A stretch of 63,051 nt of DNA, the filler included, from Olpidium bornovanus S191 (Eukaryota; Fungi; Olpidiomycota): the NCBI GenBank assembly GCA_017911155.1. It is 28 parts of 28 records of this genome, joined end to end, with 100 filler letters (N's around TTAATTAATTAA, not from the genome) between each part and the next. Parts side by side here need not be neighbours in the genome. Positions count along the whole stretch, not along the records: positions 1 to 6,882 come from JAEFCI010008953.1; positions 6,983 to 8,443 come from JAEFCI010011328.1; positions 8,544 to 9,780 come from JAEFCI010006914.1; positions 9,881 to 11,314 come from JAEFCI010011199.1; 24 more parts are not named here. One strand, given 5' to 3'. This document shows positions 1-10,139 of the stretch, one piece after another (positions within the stretch are counted from its first letter, which is position 1; each line of letters starts with the position of its first letter). Under the pieces are notes generated by a model. The model worked only from the letters and a program-made list of their open reading frames with translations. It searched no databases and was not told the DNA's origin. The position numbers and the translations under genes were made by a program.

Positions 1-219
1 ACATGGCCACGTATCCGAACTTGACAACGGCGGGGACACCGTGTCAGAACAACCAGGCAAAAGAAAAAAAGGAAGGAAGAGCAAAAAAAAGGTCCCGTCT
101 CCGGCAGCATTTTTGAATCGCGCGCCGGATCGCCAAAAAGCGGGGAAGACCCGAGAAAAATCACCTCCCGCCCCCCCTCCCAAGTGCCGCCCTCGGGGTC
201 CCGCCTCTGGGCGTTTCCG

Positions 220-2563
220 TTTCCTGCGCCCTACCTGTGCGACCATCTCCGCGAAGTCTCCGTACAGGTCGTAAGGCGGCTTGTCCGCCTCCGACCGCAC
301 TCTGCGGATGAACCTCGCCTGCGCCTCGTCTTCGCGCTCGTCGCCCGAGCTCGCGGACGACGAGGACGCCGAGTTGCGCCGCCCCGCCCTCCGCCGCCGC
401 GCCGCTGTCGCCCCGCGCTTGGCGGCGATGCCCGTGAGCTTCTTTCGTCCGAACCGGGTGATGTACGGCACGATGACCTCGTTGGCAAAGTTGATCACCT
501 GGCCTGTCTGGCGTCGCGTCCGTGGAAATCACGGAACAAGTGAGGACGCCCCGTCGGCCCCTTTGTGCCTTCCTCCCCCTGTCTGCTCGCTGCAGTTTCG
601 ACCCCTGCGCCCCCCCCTCTTCCCCCGCCCCTCTCATCAAACGTGAGAGAAACCGGATAACATACGAGAACGAAGTAAATCAACTGTCCCACGATGCGGT
701 CGCGGTTCACGACGACGTGCCTGGTATGGATCTGGCCTTCCTTGCGAAGCCAGTTCTCGAAGTTTCCCGAGAACGGGATGTACACATAGGCGGTCAGGAA
801 GATAGAAAGGTAGGACACCATGAAAGTGAAGACGGAGATTTTCTGCGTGAGGGACGCGTCGTCGTTCGTCTCCGTCTCGTGGTTCTCGAACGTCGTCAGC
901 CGGCGAGCCAATTTGCAGTACATGGACGAAGCCGCAGGTACGAGTGACGAGTAGATGACGGTCGGGGAGTAAATCTTGCGGACGCACAAGGAAAATAGAC
1001 CGTTTGAACGCGGGGTCGGCGCCTGGTTCGTCAGGCCTGTACGCCCCTACTTGCGAAGCGCAGAAAAGTGCACGCGAAAAAAAAAAAAAAAACGGACGGC
1101 GAAACGCGCGCGCGCACCAGCAGGGCGAGCCCCGGCCCCCGGTAGAACTCGGTCATGAACACCTCGAAGGCGAATATCGAGCCGATGAGGAGCATGAGCA
1201 GCGAGCCGATTCCGGCGACCAGCGGGAGCGTTACCGCCCGGCGCAGGCAGCGCTTCCACACCGGGTAATACGGCACTTTCTCGTCGGTTACCGGGTCGGC
1301 AACTTCGGATTCAGGCACAAACCCCGGTCTGGGGTGTTCCACCCTGGACGTCTCCCGCACATCCCACAGCACCGCTAGTTCCCGTTCACGGCGTCGCCAG
1401 TACGCCACGAACAGCGTCGACCACACCACGGTGAAAATCCCGTGGAACACGCTGAAGTAACTCCCCGTCAAATAGAATGGCAGCCCGGCTGCCGCCGGTA
1501 CTAAAAGCCACACGAAGTAGCATTGGAGGAAGGCAAAGTAGTAGCCCACCTGCGCGTTGAGCGCCATCCGTCATTCTCGCAAAATACTCTCGGAACGAGA
1601 CGCGGAACCGTCGAGTCGGACTATACAATACCTGCTCCCCGTACTGGTCTCGCAACCGGTTCAAGTCGTCCTGGTTTAAACTCCACTTCAACGACCACTC
1701 TTTAATCCACGCCTGAAAAGCGCAGCCAAGCGTCAGTCTGGCAGCCGGATCATTCAACCCGAAGAATATCTTCCGACGCACCCTAACAGCGGAGATGCAT
1801 TGACCTTATTCAGCTTTCGATCATGAAGAGGAAATACCGCGCGCACAAACTCCGTCTCGTTGGGGATCACGCCGGCACCTCCGTTCCGCGAGCTTCCCGT
1901 GATAATCCCGTACACGAGACGGAGCCGCTCAGCCGTCGTGATCGGCGCCTTCGTGATCATCCGGTCATTGGCGGTGTGTCCGCCGAAGTTGAGATGAGCG
2001 CCGCGCACCCCGGACAGGAAGTCGTTGACTCTACGTCGGGGGGGAGGGGGGGGGGGGAACGGGCGGATATACCAGAAGGCTTCAGAGGTAAAAAAAAAAA
2101 AAAAAAAAAAGAAGAGGACGCGGACGACCGATCCGCCATCGGAAACTACCTCCCCCTTTCCTTTCCCGTCCCGGGGGTCCGAGTGCGGGGTGGGGCTGAT
2201 GCCTTACCGAGACCGGAGCGCCTCGTGGTCGAGTCTCCTCGCGGGGCAGTTCACGAACAGAAAGAGCCGCCCGCGGTCCGCGCGGCGCACCTCGACGTCC
2301 AGGCCCGCGCGCGCGAGCCGCGTCACCACGCCCGCGTACGCGCTCTCGACGAGCCGCAGGAGGTCGGCGCGCGAGCCGGCGCCGTCACCCGCCCGTGCCA
2401 ACTCCGGGTACCTCGCGGCCACCTCCGGGCCCGGCTCGAGCGGGAAGCCGAAGTCGATGACGTAATCCGAGTACGCGTCCGGAACGCGACCGGCGAGCGC
2501 GGCCGCGCGGTTCCGCGCGAAGGCGAGGTCGCCGGAGGAGGCGGAGGCGGCCGCGGGGAACAT
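220..2563 (-). CDS. Anoctamin/TMEM16 (Ist2-like) Ca-activated channel/scramblase; multi-exon, 3' end missing (runs off the window start)
   Basis: Exons read as DLLRLVESAYAGVVTRLARAGLDVEVR...LFLFVNCP...EALRSR|VNDFLSGVRG; TAERLRLVYGII...VFPLHDRKLNK; WIKEWS...LNRLRDQYGEQ|VGYYFAFLQCY; WSTLFVAYWRRRERELAVLW; YYPVWKR; LARRLTTFENHETE...SLTQKISVF; PYDLYGDFAEMVAQ. These are typical anoctamin motifs, separated by GT-AG introns. The start MFPAAASA at 2563 is tentative. Confidence 0.9.
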
Positions 2564-2647
2564 CGCGCAGTTCTGCGCGACGACCACCTCGCCCGAACTT
2601 CGCTTTGCGTCGGCCCGTCCTCCCCACTCCAGCCCAGGTCCGTACGG

Positions 2648-2741
2648 CGACGGCCGGCAGTGGCGAGGGGCGACGGCCGGCAGTGGCGAGGGGCAACGAC
2701 CGTTTCCCGCTCCAGCAGACACGGGCTCCAGCAGACACGGG
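2648..2741. repeat. Two adjacent perfect tandem duplications (23 nt x2 and 16 nt x2) upstream of anoctamin
   Basis: cgacggccggcagtggcgagggg x2 (2648-2693) and gctccagcagacacgg x2 (about 2709-2741). Confidence 0.9.
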
Positions 2742-2964
2742 CGCTCTGCGTAGCAGCAACCAGCCGGCCCCGCAGCGAACAAGCGTGTCCTGGCCGCGTC
2801 GAGATTGGCGGCTGTCGCGCCGGCAAGCGTGGGGCTTGCTTGGGAGAATCTCGCGGCTTTGCGTCACAGCTGACACCGCGCCCCACGCGATAAGCTCGTA
2901 AACAAAAAAAATATAATCATAAAACGAAATGAAGGAGTAAGCCGGCTTCGCCGCGAACCCGAAC

Positions 2965-2997
2965 CCTAAACATTTTTAACCCTAACCCTAACCCTAA
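2965..2997 (+). repeat. Short interstitial telomere-type repeat (TAACCC)n, C-rich strand on +
   Basis: aacccgaaccctaaacatttttaaccctaaccctaaccctaa: three perfect TAACCC units plus degenerate units. TTAGGG is the widespread fungal and animal telomere repeat. Confidence 0.85.
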
Positions 2998-4320
2998 TGC
3001 GCAGGGCGCACGCAGGGCCACCCGCAGAGAGGGCAGGCTCGTCTCCCTGCCCAGAACAAGAGCCCGGTCCCCATGGAACTCGGCACTGTCGCAACCGCGA
3101 AGTCGTCACCGGCGGTGACGACTAAAAACTACAATGGCTTCCATGTGTTTCCACACCTGACAGGCCCGCTGCGCGGGTTCCTGTATTTGAAGGCCCGGAA
3201 TACCTGCATGTACCGCCGCGTCTGGAACGCAGACCACCAGGTGTCAGCCTGTCCAAAAAAGAAAATGCTGAAGGAGTCAAAAAATTAGAGACGGCAACTG
3301 GACTCTCGATGCCGCAGGCGGCTCCGACCCCCTCGCCCAGACCTCTAGACTCAGACCGTCTGACCCCGCCAAACACGACCAGCGCGCTCCCCGAGGCAGG
3401 CACGCCTGGACCGACAATCACCGTTACCTACGCTGTGGTGACCCCCAAGCCCTCAAAGAACGCCGAAGACCTACTCCAGCTCCCAGGACAGCTCGGCGAG
3501 ACACAAGTGCGAGTCCTCATTGACAGCGGCTGTTCCGGGAACCTGATAAATTCCCGGGTCGCCAAAGGCTTTGCCCGAAACAACTCGCAAACCCGCCTCA
3601 ACTTTGCGGACTGCTGCGTCAGCTGCCCAACCTGCGTCTCCGTCGTTGACCAACGCGGGCGATCATGGGTCTTCGTCGATGACTTTATCGTAACGCACGA
3701 AATCAAATATGACCTAGTTTGCGGGACCCACTGGCTGCTGGGGCGAAACCGGCTCATAAATTGGCGTGACCTTTCTTTCGCTCACGCTCCAGAATCGACA
3801 ATTTGGGGGCAACACCGCACCTTTGCCACCGACCATGGATTAAGCTCCACGCTGGCCGCTACGGAGCTCCGACCTGCTGACCCTCTGCCGACCGCGGAGA
3901 CCCGCTCCTCGGCAACCGCGAAGGAGTCAAAACCAACCACAGCACCGCCAATCGCGGCGACCCCAAACCTAACCGCAGCGCCGCCGACCTGGGCCCAGCG
4001 CAATTCGGGAGTACCGCCGCCTACAGCGGCGGTCCCAAAAACGCGAGCCGGGTTATCGACCACGACGCGGCTGGTCGCGCCGCCGACCCCGGCGAGCTCG
4101 ATGACCTCTGAATCTATGTTGACTCGCAGGCTGCCGACCCTGGCCCTCCCCGACCCCCTGCCGAAGCATGACGAACTGGCCTCCATATCAGTCAAACAAG
4201 CTCGCCGGATGCTCTGACACCCTGACGCTGTGGGTGTCCTAGTGACCCCCGCGAGTCAGCGACGCCAACCAAGCTCACCGCCATTGACCAGACCGCCTTG
4301 ACGGAGGGCAACCCCCAAAC
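2998..4320 (+). mobile_element. Truncated Ty3/Gypsy LTR-retrotransposon fragment: gag C-terminus, -1 frameshift site and aspartic protease; no RT, RNase H or integrase
   Basis: Frame 1 reads ...KSPVPMELG...TCMYRRVWNADHQVSACPKKK...ESKN* (PMEL motif and degenerate CCHC knuckle, stop at 3286-3288). A slippery heptamer A AAA AAT lies at 3279-3285. The -1 frame is open from there (GVKKLETATGLSMPQ...) into VRVLIDSGCSGNLIN (retroviral-type protease D-S-G) and YDLVCGTHWL, stopping at 4217. Confidence 0.85.
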
Positions 4321-4405
4321 CCTCTAGAGTGCTTCGACTCGGACCTCCCGCTCCCCTCGAAGCTCCCCTCCCCTCGAAGCAGCGGATTTTGTTTCTTTTT
4401 TTTTT

Positions 4406-5563
4406 TCAAAGAGACGACAAAAAGCTGGAAAGACGCGAGTCCGCGAATGATGTGTCATTGGCGCCGTTTGCTTTGCTGGAACGCTGCATTTTACTTCTCT
4501 CCAGCATTCCGGCAAGAGTGTTTTCCTGGCGAGCCTTTTTCCGTTTCTTTGCCGTGGACGTCGAACTCTCCCGGGCACCGGCGCTCAGAGCTAGCCCTCC
4601 GCAAAGAGCGGCGTTCGCCGTGGCAGGAGCAGACGAGTTTTGCTTTCTTTTATGCTGCTGTTGGTCGGCTCCAGTCAGCTCAACGTTCACCGTCGCCCCT
4701 TTCGCTGCCGCCTCAGCGGCCCTTGGCACTTGGACCGTCCCGACTTTCGTTGATTGAGCCAGCGGGGGATCTTGCTTAGTTCCGGCCTTCGCTCGTGTTA
4801 CGTCCTGAGCTTCGTCGGCGTTCGACGCTGCTCGCGAGTCCGACCCTTGAAACCGCGTGATGAGACCGCAACGGCTGCATGTATAATCGACAACGTTCTT
4901 GTAATGGGCCCTTGACTTGATCCTCTCCAGACAATCCCCGCTTGTCGAGGAGGAAAAGGGTGCTCTGTTCTGAACGGCCGAACTCTCGCTTCGTTTAACG
5001 GCAGCGACTCGGGCGGGTGGCACGGTGGGGACGAAGACCATGTCGCGCTCGCATTTCCCAGAAGCAAAACGCCCTGTGCCGCCGCCGCCGCCGCTCCCGC
5101 TCCCTGCCGCGATGCATAAGCCGCGTGCTGGCCTCGGGTGTCCCGAAGGGGACAACCCTTCAGGCACGTCGGCTCCGCCGTCCACGTTGTTCGGCTTCGG
5201 CCTGTCCGTGTTGTTTTTCCGGCGCTTTTTCCTGTCGCGGTCGGCGGCGCTCGGCACCGCACGGACTCGAACTTTGCACCCCCCTGCGCGCGCCGTGCCG
5301 CCCTTCCCCGCCGCCGCCTCTTCCCCCGCGGCAGAGGCCTCGCCGTGGCGCACCCGCTGCGAAAAGAAAAGGGCGGAACACCGCGGGCAGCAGACCCGCG
5401 GGGCCGACGCCTCGTCCGGAACGACGAGGCCCTTCTCGACGGCAACGCCCCTCCTGAACCGGTCGAGGTAGAAGGCGGCCAGGCCGGGCGACGCCGCCCA
5501 TACTTCGTGGGCGGCAGAGAAGAGAAAAGCCAGCCTCCGCCGCGTGGCGTTCTCGGCGGCCAT
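4406..5563 (-). CDS. RPR2: RNase P/MRP subunit Rpr2/Rpp21/Snm1-family zinc-ribbon protein (385 aa if unspliced)
   Basis: RRRLAFLFSAAHEV...LAAFYLDRF, VCCPRCSALF and VVDYTCSRCG..RF match the Rpr2 N-terminal helix and two CxxC pairs. A basic tail ends LSSFLSSL*. Confidence 0.7.
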   Translation of the reverse strand: MAAENATRRRLAFLFSAAHEVWAASPGLAAFYLDRFRRGVAVEKGLVVPDEASAPRVCCPRCSALFFSQRVRHGEASAAGEEAAAGKGGTARAGGCKVRVRAVPSAADRDRKKRRKNNTDRPKPNNVDGGADVPEGLSPSGHPRPARGLCIAAGSGSGGGGGTGRFASGKCERDMVFVPTVPPARVAAVKRSESSAVQNRAPFSSSTSGDCLERIKSRAHYKNVVDYTCSRCGLITRFQGSDSRAASNADEAQDVTRAKAGTKQDPPLAQSTKVGTVQVPRAAEAAAKGATVNVELTGADQQQHKRKQNSSAPATANAALCGGLALSAGARESSTSTAKKRKKARQENTLAGMLERSKMQRSSKANGANDTSFADSRLSSFLSSL

Positions 5564-5817
5564 TGAATGCTGAAGGGGTTTGCTGAGGGAGGCGGAGGGA
5601 CGGGGTAAAGGAGGAGCCCCGTGTTGCCGGGTAACCCCAGGAGAAGCAGGTGCAGTCACGTGACCAAACCCGGCGCTGTTGTTGTTCCCACGTGTGGGGA
5701 ACGACATCCCCCCGCGCACCGAGCAGCCGGCCCTTGTTTCCCCTCCAGCTTCCCCGTTGTCGAAACGGAAACAATCGCGGTACAAAACAAAAAAAAAAAG
5801 AGACCACCGCGCCCGCC

Positions 5818-6631
5818 ATGCAGATGCTGCCGGTTCGCGGTGCTTCGGCCGCCGCCGCCGCTGCCCGTCCTCTTCTGCGCGTCGCGGACGCGCTGTTGTT
5901 CCGGGGACTGCGGCCCCGCTCCCGGCACCTGTCGCTCCCCGCCCGCCTTCGTTCGGATGCGCTCCGCCCCGCGCAGCTCGCTGCGGCGGCGGCGCCGCGC
6001 CGGGGCATGAGCTTCATGCCTCCGGGCATGGGCTTCTTGCCTCCGGGCATGTCGTTTAAGGACGTGGTGGCCAAGATGAACAAACTGCGCGAAGACCCGG
6101 ACATGCAGAAACTCATGCGGCTGATGGCCGCCGAGCCCGCCATCCAGTCGAAGTGCGCTGAGCTGTTGAAGAAAATGGTGATTTACTAAAGTTTCCGTTT
6201 TTTTTTGCGCTTTTTTTTTTGTTCGCGGGGGGATCGGTTGGAGAGAGGGAAGATGACCGGGAGACGCAGAAAGCAAGTTCGTGGACTTTCCGCGGGTTGT
6301 TGTGTGCGGCCGTCGCGAGCACCGAGTGCGGATCTTGGCGGTCATTGTCGAGGAGTCTGCGAGCGCGTAGTGCCGGCTCCTGATACCTGGGCTTCCGTTC
6401 TCCGCTTAGCGCGCCAACGGCGCCCACGATCCCTCGATAATGACGGACGTTCAGGCGTTGGGCGAGTTCTTGGAAACGAAAGGGATCGACCGCGATACGC
6501 TCGTTCGGCTTGCGAAGATGTTCGAGACAACGGAACCAGCGAAACCGGCCCAGCCGGAAAAACCCAGCGGCGAAAAGTCCGCCGGGGAGAAGCTGTTGGC
6601 GTGGGCGAAGGGGCTGACGCAGTCGAAATAA
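5818..6631 (+). CDS. Hypothetical protein with a probable mitochondrial presequence; at least two exons; divergent from the Rpr2-like gene (about 250-bp shared upstream region)
   Basis: MQMLPVRGASAAAAAARPLLRV...: Arg/Ala/Leu-rich and nearly free of acidic residues, followed by the helical stretch SFKDVVAKMNKLREDPDMQKLMRLM. A later exon reads ALGEFLETKGIDRDTLVRLAKMF...TQSK*. Internal splice sites are not resolved. Confidence 0.5.
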
Positions 6632-6982
6632 AGTAGAGGGAAGAACGTCATACGCCGAGCAGCGACTTGATCCACGGAAAGAGCGCTGATCCGTTTTCCG
6701 CGGAGCAGCAAAGCGCTTTTTCGGAGTTAGAGGAAACGCGTTCGTTGCTCCACTTCCACTCAATTACTCGCTGGTGAACGCCTCAAAAGATATCGTCCCG
6801 GACCTTCCCGACTTCCCCTTTTTCACACCACCGTAGCGAGCCCGGCGCCAACACTGCCGGCTCTATCCCTGCAATCTCATGGNNNNNNNNNNNNNNNNNN
6901 NNNNNNNNNNNNNNNNNNNNNNNNNNTTAATTAATTAANNNNNNNNNNNNNNNNNNNNNNNNNNNNNNNNNNNNNNNNNNNN

Positions 6983-8363
6983 AATGAAGCGCGGTTCCCA
7001 GTATTCGCAGTCAACAGGTCATATATCTGCTGCAGCTTTTCCGCCGTTGCCTTCTCGCTCGCAACCTGATTCGGTCGAAGTTCCTGCATCATCTTTTCCA
7101 TGGACGAGAAATCTTTGTCTATCATCGTGGTCTGTTTCCGAACCGGTGTTGACGCCTTCTCCGTCGAAGATAATGCTGCAACCGCCGCGTGGTCAGCCTC
7201 TGGTTCGCTAATAAACGAATACAAGTGTTGATATGCGATCAAATCGTTGACTTGGTTTCGAACCATCTCCCAGTTCGTTGTGAACTCGCCGTCAGCAGTC
7301 TTCAATCGCTGTACAAGTTCCTTCCTTTTCTCAACTTGCGTGGAATAAAGACGGTTCCTGGCATGGGTACATCGTCCATCGAAGCCGGAACTGTTGGAGG
7401 AAGTTTTGATGACGTTCGAACGGAAATATGATGAGCTTTCAGTCGCTGATCGGTGTACTGCGGCTATGTTAGAACATTTTATTACTCTTCCTCGTCAGGT
7501 CTGTGAGATATGCTACAGGTAAGGTGACAAGGGTCGACAGGTTCAGTTAAGTTCAAGCTAAGTTGAGTCTACGAGTCGAAGGTCTGTGAGGGAGCTGAGC
7601 TACGAAGCGAGACGAGCGCTATTTATGCTCGTCGAGGCCAAGCGGGACAGGACGTCATCCGAGTCGGCCTTGGCTCGTCCACTGACGTGGTTGCTTCCGC
7701 GCGGTCGTGGTCCCCACGCGGGGTTCCGTAGACGCGCGCGGTTGCGCGCGGGAGCAGTATCATTTACTTGGGGGGGGGGCTGGTGTGGTTGGCGGGTGGG
7801 TCCCCGCGTGTGACGCTGAGGGGGGAAGGGGAGAAGGGGGGGGAAGCTCTTCTATTGGTGGGCTCACGGGGAGGAGATTATTCTATTGGTCAGGCCCCGG
7901 GTTTGGGGGCCACCTTGTCCCGCCTCCGCCTCCACCTCCCGCCCGCCCGCCGCCGCCTTCCGTGGCGTCCTTCTTGGCGTAAGGTGACGGTCGGGGTCGG
8001 GGCCGTGCCACAGCACAATCGGGCTCGGGTGCGCGATAAGGTGGCCGAGACGCGCGTCGAATCCATTGCCCGGAAAACTGCTTTAATTTCTGCTTGGAAG
8101 CTTTTCCACGTCACATGGTTCTTCACCAGAACAGCATTGACGCGGGGTTGCGTTTCGAGCTCTGTACAGTTTCGAAATTCGTTAAGGCAGGCGTCGGACA
8201 GCTGTATTAGCTGCAGTGCGGCCTGGAACTTGCGCAAATACACCGTCGCATCTCTGCCGTTGAAGAACCCTTCTTTTTCGGTGAACCGCATGAGGCACGA
8301 GATCCTTGGCCCCTCGAGCACCCATGTCGGCGACGGGGTTGTTTCTGCCCTTGTGCTAATCAC
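6983..8363 (-). mobile_element. Degenerate, rearranged retrotransposon gag (Ty3/Gypsy-type) relic
   Basis: Minus strand: LMRFTEKEGFFNGRDATVYLRKFQAAL...WKSFQAEIKAVFRAMDSTRVS (about 8300-8046) and EKRKELVQRLKTADGEFTTNWEMVRNQV (about 7340-7250). A gag-like segment RRFLAWVHRPSKPELLEEVLMTFERKYDELSVADR lies on the plus strand (7349-7453). Confidence 0.6.
7502..8012 (-). mobile_element. Possible LTR-like insertion interrupting the gag relic
   Basis: About 510 nt bounded by TG...CA, non-coding, with two CCAAT-like boxes and a TATA-like gcataaatag on the minus strand. No target-site duplication was found. Confidence 0.35.
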
Positions 8364-8738
8364 TTCCGACTCAACAGTTACGCGTCGTTGTTGACTTCCG
8401 AGTCATCATTAAGCTAGTGCTCCGATGCCAGCACCGTCAATAGNNNNNNNNNNNNNNNNNNNNNNNNNNNNNNNNNNNNNNNNNNNNTTAATTAATTAAN
8501 NNNNNNNNNNNNNNNNNNNNNNNNNNNNNNNNNNNNNNNNNNNCATGTGCCCCGTATTCGATAACCCCGTCGAAATCCGTTAAAGGAATACGCAAAATTT
8601 TCAGACTCATTCGGAAGCGTTGAACTGGTGCCGAGGCTACGTATTGTCTTTAGTTCTTGGGCAGTAAAACGTACATTGCTGCTGCAATTCTAATCTCTAA
8701 GTTTGAGGCCTGGAGATATTTTCACGGTCCCGTGATCC

Positions 8739-9662
8739 TCAAAAGTACCGGCATTTTGCCGCATCGGCAACTTGCTTAATAAGCTTTTGTCGATAGCGGA
8801 AAACTTCATGGGCTATGCGCCGATCATACGAATCAAACTCGTTTTCAGGGTCCAATGTCCAAAGAAATTCCTCGTTCATTAATCTCTTTAAACCCCTCAG
8901 CTGGTCGCCGTGTTCACGGAAGGGCTCGTCCTTGTACAAATGTATGTTGGATATCGCCGTGTCCAGCAAACGGAGACGATACAGCCAGTCGGCGACATCA
9001 TCAGGCGAGTTTTGCGCATCAAAGTTCTCGTGGGCGGCTCGGGACAGTTCATTTGCGACGGAAGTCAGGAATTCGCGAACAGCGTCGTTCGTGAACTTCG
9101 CTTGGAAATTCGGGCGGTCGCTGTCAACTGAGCGGAGTATGTCGGGCACGGGTGGCGAGTCCTGTGCTGCTGCTTGGGGATTCAGAAAGGTCCAGATGGC
9201 GCTGAAGCAGTTGCGGAATATGTCGGGCACGTGTGGCGAGTCCTGTGCTGCTGCTCGGGGATTCAGGAAGGTCCAGATGTCGCGGTAGAATTCCCACAGT
9301 CTCTCCGCGCGAGACCGTGTGCTTTTGCAGAGGAAATGAACGCTCTGGCCGTTCGAGTCGGTCTCGAAGTTGTCCGTTTCAAATTTTACGAAAACCCGGT
9401 GTTTTCCCGGCAGTGTACTTCGCCTTTCGCGCGGGGACGGAGGGTCCTCAAAGTTCTTGGCGATGAAGTTCACGGTCATTTTCGCCAGGTCGATATGATC
9501 CTTGACGGAGTCCACAAAGAAGTCGCGCCAGAATCCCAGGGTGTCCGCGCCGTCGCCGGGACTGGGCGCCGCGGATTGAGACACGCCGTCGCGCGAAGGG
9601 GCGGCGGAGACGAGCGCAGGGGCGGCGGCGACAAGCGCCAGGAGAGAAGCGGCGAGCCTCAT
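8739..9662 (-). CDS. Intronless secreted orphan protein (307 aa) with an internal 27-aa tandem duplication
   Basis: Complete ORF. The N-terminus MRLAASLLALVAAAPALVSA is a classic signal peptide. IWTFLNP(R/Q)AAAQDSP(H/P)VPDI occurs twice (81-nt period, 9133-9279). No recognisable domain. Confidence 0.8.
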   Translation of the reverse strand: MRLAASLLALVAAAPALVSAAPSRDGVSQSAAPSPGDGADTLGFWRDFFVDSVKDHIDLAKMTVNFIAKNFEDPPSPRERRSTLPGKHRVFVKFETDNFETDSNGQSVHFLCKSTRSRAERLWEFYRDIWTFLNPRAAAQDSPHVPDIFRNCFSAIWTFLNPQAAAQDSPPVPDILRSVDSDRPNFQAKFTNDAVREFLTSVANELSRAAHENFDAQNSPDDVADWLYRLRLLDTAISNIHLYKDEPFREHGDQLRGLKRLMNEEFLWTLDPENEFDSYDRRIAHEVFRYRQKLIKQVADAAKCRYF

Positions 9663-10139
9663 GGCGCGAAAGAACCGTCAAGCCCTCGAGAATGTTGACG
9701 TGGAACCACGTCCGTTAAGGGACCGCACCCGTCGACGAGCGCGCGCTCGATCGCCCGCCAACGGAGGGTTGAGGTTTTCGNNNNNNNNNNNNNNNNNNNN
9801 NNNNNNNNNNNNNNNNNNNNNNNNTTAATTAATTAANNNNNNNNNNNNNNNNNNNNNNNNNNNNNNNNNNNNNNNNNNNNCATGTACAGCTACGAACAGC
9901 GATCGCCTGCCTTCTTGGAAAGATGCGGCGCCGCCTGCCGAATGGCACGTTGCTGGCGGTCCCCCGCTTCCCGCACGCTTTGGCGCTTCTGGTCACAGTT
10001 CGTACTGCGTGTGGATAGACGAAGATGTTAGAGCCAGTTCATAGGTGTAGGCGCCCCCCCTCCCCCCACCCACCTTCCAGACGCTTCACAATAAAAACAC
10101 AAACAAACGGGAGTCGCTTCAAACAAAACGCGTATGGAC

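Noticed and set aside
1823-2893. 356-aa plus-strand ORF and other long antisense ORFs (50784-51860, 36420-37064, 61008-61490, 48019-48531)
   Set aside because: They are shadow frames of recognised opposite-strand genes in GC-rich DNA with few stops.
2965-2997. Possible telomerase RNA template
   Set aside because: Templates are about 1.5 repeats in a structured RNA. Here there are three or more units fused to a gag frame, and I see no supporting pseudoknot or TWJ elements.
4406-6631. Operon-like or functional clustering of neighbouring genes across the window (e.g. Argonaute next to the esterase, Copia next to LYS4)
   Set aside because: Only within-contig neighbours are meaningful. Order across linkers is arbitrary, and the within-contig pairs show no shared pathway.
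6927-6938. TTAATTAATTAA palindromic motif repeated 27 times at irregular spacing (superficially CRISPR-like or a regulatory repeat)
   Set aside because: It is always centred in 88 Ns: an artificial six-frame-stop contig linker.
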